Below are positions 60,720 to 64,000 of a stretch of 64,000 bases of DNA, piece by piece. The stretch is from Anthoceros angustus (Eukaryota > Plantae > Anthocerotophyta), in contig VJWM01000222.1 of assembly GCA_010909165.1 (NCBI GenBank), positions 124,001-188,000 on the forward strand, written 5' to 3'. The position numbers and the translations under genes are program-made. Under the pieces are notes generated by a model. The model saw only the letters and a program-made list of their open reading frames with translations, was not told where the DNA came from and did no database searches. Numbering within the stretch: the stretch's first letter is position 1; the number at the start of each line of letters is the position of its first letter.

Positions 60720-62186
60720 CGTGAAGCGTGAAAGTTTGGGACTACCGTGTCCCGAGTATGAGCTTGTCCCGGGCAACTCCACCAATCTTAGTGAGGACTA
60801 TGGGACCGCTTGTCCCATAGCTGGCGGCAGCCCGGCTGGGACTGTCCCAAAGCCGATGGGGCCCGCCCGGCTGGGATCGCCTTGTCAAGGCTGGACTGCC
60901 CAGCCGGCTATGGATATGTCCCATGGCTGGGACCTAGTTGCAGCTCCTTGCCTCCTGTTACCAGCCCACTTATCGTCACTCCGATTCGGACTTGTTGAAT
61001 GGGGCCAAAGTTTCGATCCCAGTAGTCCGCCACAAAGGGTCCCCTTGCAAAGAACAAAATATGCTGGGAGAGCATCTGCTCCTAAAAGGGATCCGCCAAG
61101 CAATGGCGGAATCACGAGATTTCTTGAAGATTTCTTGGCCAGCCGAGCTTTGCTGGCTGAGCCAGAATCGAGCCTTGGCGCCTTGTAGGGAAGCACGAGC
61201 AAAACACAGATCTAATCGATCTTGGATTTCCAGATTGCAAGGGTTCACAAAGTGCTTTCCTCCCCAACCGCCCACGATCAAGACTACCTCCTTTGCCCCA
61301 CGGTCCTCATTCCCGCCGCCATCATCTCCACGCCCGCCCAGCTCGATTCCCAGCTGATGTTTGCGCCATGATGCGAAAGCAACCTCACGCTTGGTGGTGC
61401 TCCTCCCACGTTGATCGGTGCCTTGTTTGGGTTTGGGTCCGCTTTGGTTTCACACCTAAACTAAGTGGCTTTGTCTAGCCTACCTAGTTATCCGCTCATA
61501 ACGGATCTATTTCCTATAACTAGTATTTAAAGGAAATGAATCCTTGGACTATGGGCCAATCAAAATAAAGGATATGTTTTCATGTCCTTGGTTAATGAAA
61601 ATGCCTAACCAAACGTAGTATATAAAAGCAAGCATACATCGAGTTCACATTCTTTGCATGTGTACCTTAGTTCTTGTGTCTTGACGTTGGGCTGGTGGGT
61701 TGCGGCAATCCGCAGTGGACCCACGTCCCATGGCTGGCTGCCCCTCCTGGGACTACCATGTCCCATGGCGATCCCGGTCCGGCTGTGGACGCCATGTCCC
61801 ATGTCTAGGATGGTCTTGGCAACCTCCGATCCGTGTGAAGCGTGAAAAGTTTGGGACCACGGTCCCAGTATGAGCTTGTCCCGGCAACTCCACCAATCTT
61901 AGCTGGAGGACTATGGGACCTTGTCCCATAGCGGGATCCTAGTCCCCGGTGACTGCCATGTCCCAAAGCTGATGGGCCCCAGCCCCGGCGACGCTGTCTC
62001 AAGCCCTGGCAGCCTCAAGCAGGCTGCCATGTCCCATGGCTGATCCCCGTTGCAGCCTTTGCCTCCTGTTACAGCCCACTTATCATCACTCCAAGATTCG
62101 GATCACAGTAATGGGCCAAAGTTTGATCCAGTATGAGTCCGCCACAAAGGTCCCCTTGCAAAGAACAAAATATGCTGGGAGAGCAT
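60720..62186 (-). repeat. Family B LTR sequences (interrupted 3' LTR plus second LTR start), inverted
   Basis: CCCCTTGCAAAGAACAAAATATGCTGGGAGAGCA occurs at ~61041 and ~62152; homologous to 33210-34680. Confidence 0.75.
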
Positions 62187-64000
62187 CTGCCCAGCCATTG
62201 AAGCTTGTGTGTGCAGACGCCGAGGCCGGAGAGGCAGCACATAGTGGACAATACCATTGCTCCGCACCTCGGAGAGAGCGGCCGCAAGCAAAATAGGTGG
62301 TACCCGTTGCGTGGTCGCACAGCAGATCAGCTGTGGTCGTCTCCTCCGCAACTGCATGGGTAATCAGCCGAGGTACCCAATCACCGTGACAATGGTTGGA
62401 TCCAGTTGGGCAAATGGCAAGGCGCACAATTTTTCATGTGATCCTTGGTGGTCCATCTCGATCCTTGTAGCACTAGCACACCATTGTCCTTGACCTCCGA
62501 ACTCGCAGCACATGTCGATGGGTGGTGGTGTCAAGGGTGTCCCACTTGCTTCGCAAGTAAACAAAGTCCCCACCGAATTTCTTGAGCTTGGGTCCGTCGC
62601 TGCGAGTGTGGGCATATCTAGGTGTCCGATGTTGGGCAATCCTCAAATTAGCCATGGCCATCGGCATGGCTTGCAGCAACGCACGACCGATGACTGCTCA
62701 AATTGCGGATCATCCAGATCCACTACCTCATAGAGTTGCTTGGCAATGGCTAGGCATGGGTTCCCTCCCAAACAGCAAGAAGTAGGGACTGAAATGTGCC
62801 AAGGAGGCATGCCGACTCATACGGTAGCCCATGGCGATGTAGGGAAGAGCCAAGTCCCACTCTGTCTTTGGCATTTGAAGGCAGAGCTTCCTTAGACCCT
62901 TCTTGATGGTCTGTACCATCCGTTCAGCCAGGCCATCAGCCGAGGATGGTCTCGGCTGGTCCTGCGATGGTCGATGAGCGGCCCAGCGGGTCTTGGAATT
63001 CCTCAAATTCGCACTCGATCCGTCAAGCACTCGCAGCCTCCCAAAGCGACTCAGACATTCTGAAGAAAGGCCCGAGCGGTGCTTTTGGAGCTCTTGTCCG
63101 GCAGGGCCACCACCTCTACCCACTTGGAGAAGTGCTCCATCATGACGAGAATGTACACGCCCTCGTGGTGTCTTGGGTAGTTCACCCAACAAGTCACAAG
63201 ACCACCTAAAGAACAGTCCCATGATAGGCAAAGGGTGCAGCTGAGGGTTCGGATGGTGAAGGAGGTCTTCACCTGTCAGCCCCTGCAACAGCCACCGCTT
63301 GACTTGGGCGTACATCCCTTGCCAATGGAAATGCGGAGGAGCAAACCGTGCACGCTTGACTCCAAATGGCCCATGTCATCGCAGGCACTCGACAATGAGC
63401 TGCCCCTATCAGCAGTGGTGGCACCAATCGCTCCAGCCCATTGGTCAGCCTCCTCAAGAAATGCCCATCACGCCATTGATACTTGGAAGCGCACCGGCTA
63501 ATTCTTTCTTGCTCAGTGCTCAATGGCTGATCCAAATTGTCCTGTTTGGACAAATAGGAGAGTTTTGAGTCTTCCTGATGTCCTTGGACCTCCTGTCCCC
63601 AGCATATGTGCTCAATGCTAAGGACTGTCCCATACTGGACCACCTGTGCTTGTCAAAGCCACCATCGCAGCCACCGACATGCTGCAGATCTCCATCATCT
63701 TGGTCCTGTCCGCTTCTGTAACATCTTCGCAACTAGCACCGGGATTCCGAGAGAGTGTCCGCGTTTTGGTGTGTGACTCCCTGGTGCACCACTTGAAATT
63801 CATAGTCCTGCAAGATCATGGCCCACCTTGCAAGCTTCCCACTCAACTTAGGTGTTGGTCATCAGCCATTTGAGGGGCTGATGGTCGATGACTAGCGTGA
63901 AGGGCTTGCCATAGTAGGGCCTAAATGACAAACCCCATACAGCACTCCCCTTGGTAGCTATCAGAGTTGGCTTCACGATTGTTGCTGTGAAGCATACGCA
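62187..64000 (-). mobile_element. pol: Family B RNase H-integrase-PHD, runs off the window end
   Basis: PIMGLFFRWSCDLLGELP, YILVMMEHFSKWVEVVALPDKSS, ADGLAERMVQTIKKGLRKL, SPYFLLFGREP. Confidence 0.9.
62238..62365 (-). pseudogene. PHD finger (best-preserved copy)
   Basis: DYPC..CGG...DLLCDH(C)NGYHLFCLRP.LSEV.EQWYCPLC, read across several small indels. Confidence 0.88.

Noticed and set aside
1-64000. Species-level assignment; tRNA/rRNA genes
   Set aside because: There are no host marker genes, and the only tRNA-related sequences are PBS complements.

Overview
Eukaryotic, repeat-only window. No host genes, tRNA/rRNA or CRISPR arrays were found; the element types suggest a non-seed plant or streptophyte alga (inference). 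It is a rearranged stack of LTR-retrotransposon pieces from four families. (A) A chromovirus-type Ty3/gypsy with a short LTR, tRNA-iMet PBS and FLDD RT. It occurs as a ~4-kb-armed fold-back palindrome (5744-13843), a distant inverted copy (48535-54657) and many microhomology-joined fragments, including two tandem arrays of a ~220-bp RT active-site unit. (B) A Ty3/gypsy family with the order gag(CCHC)-protease-C5 DNA methyltransferase (DNMT3-like)-RT-RNase H-integrase-PHD finger and a ~1.8-kb LTR. It is present in two apparently identical near-complete copies (15010-22598, 26730-34318) and several partial ones. (C) An Athila/OTA-like non-chromovirus Ty3/gypsy with a tRNA-Asp PBS and a 925-bp LTR. 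(D) Ty1/copia RT and RNase H scraps. The main discovery is family B: a retrotransposon carrying both a cytosine methyltransferase (writer) and a PHD finger (reader) inside pol. All coding regions are broken by many small deletions that differ between copies. This looks like long-read error, so domains were read across frameshifts, coordinates are approximate, and some duplications or inversions may be amplification or assembly artefacts.
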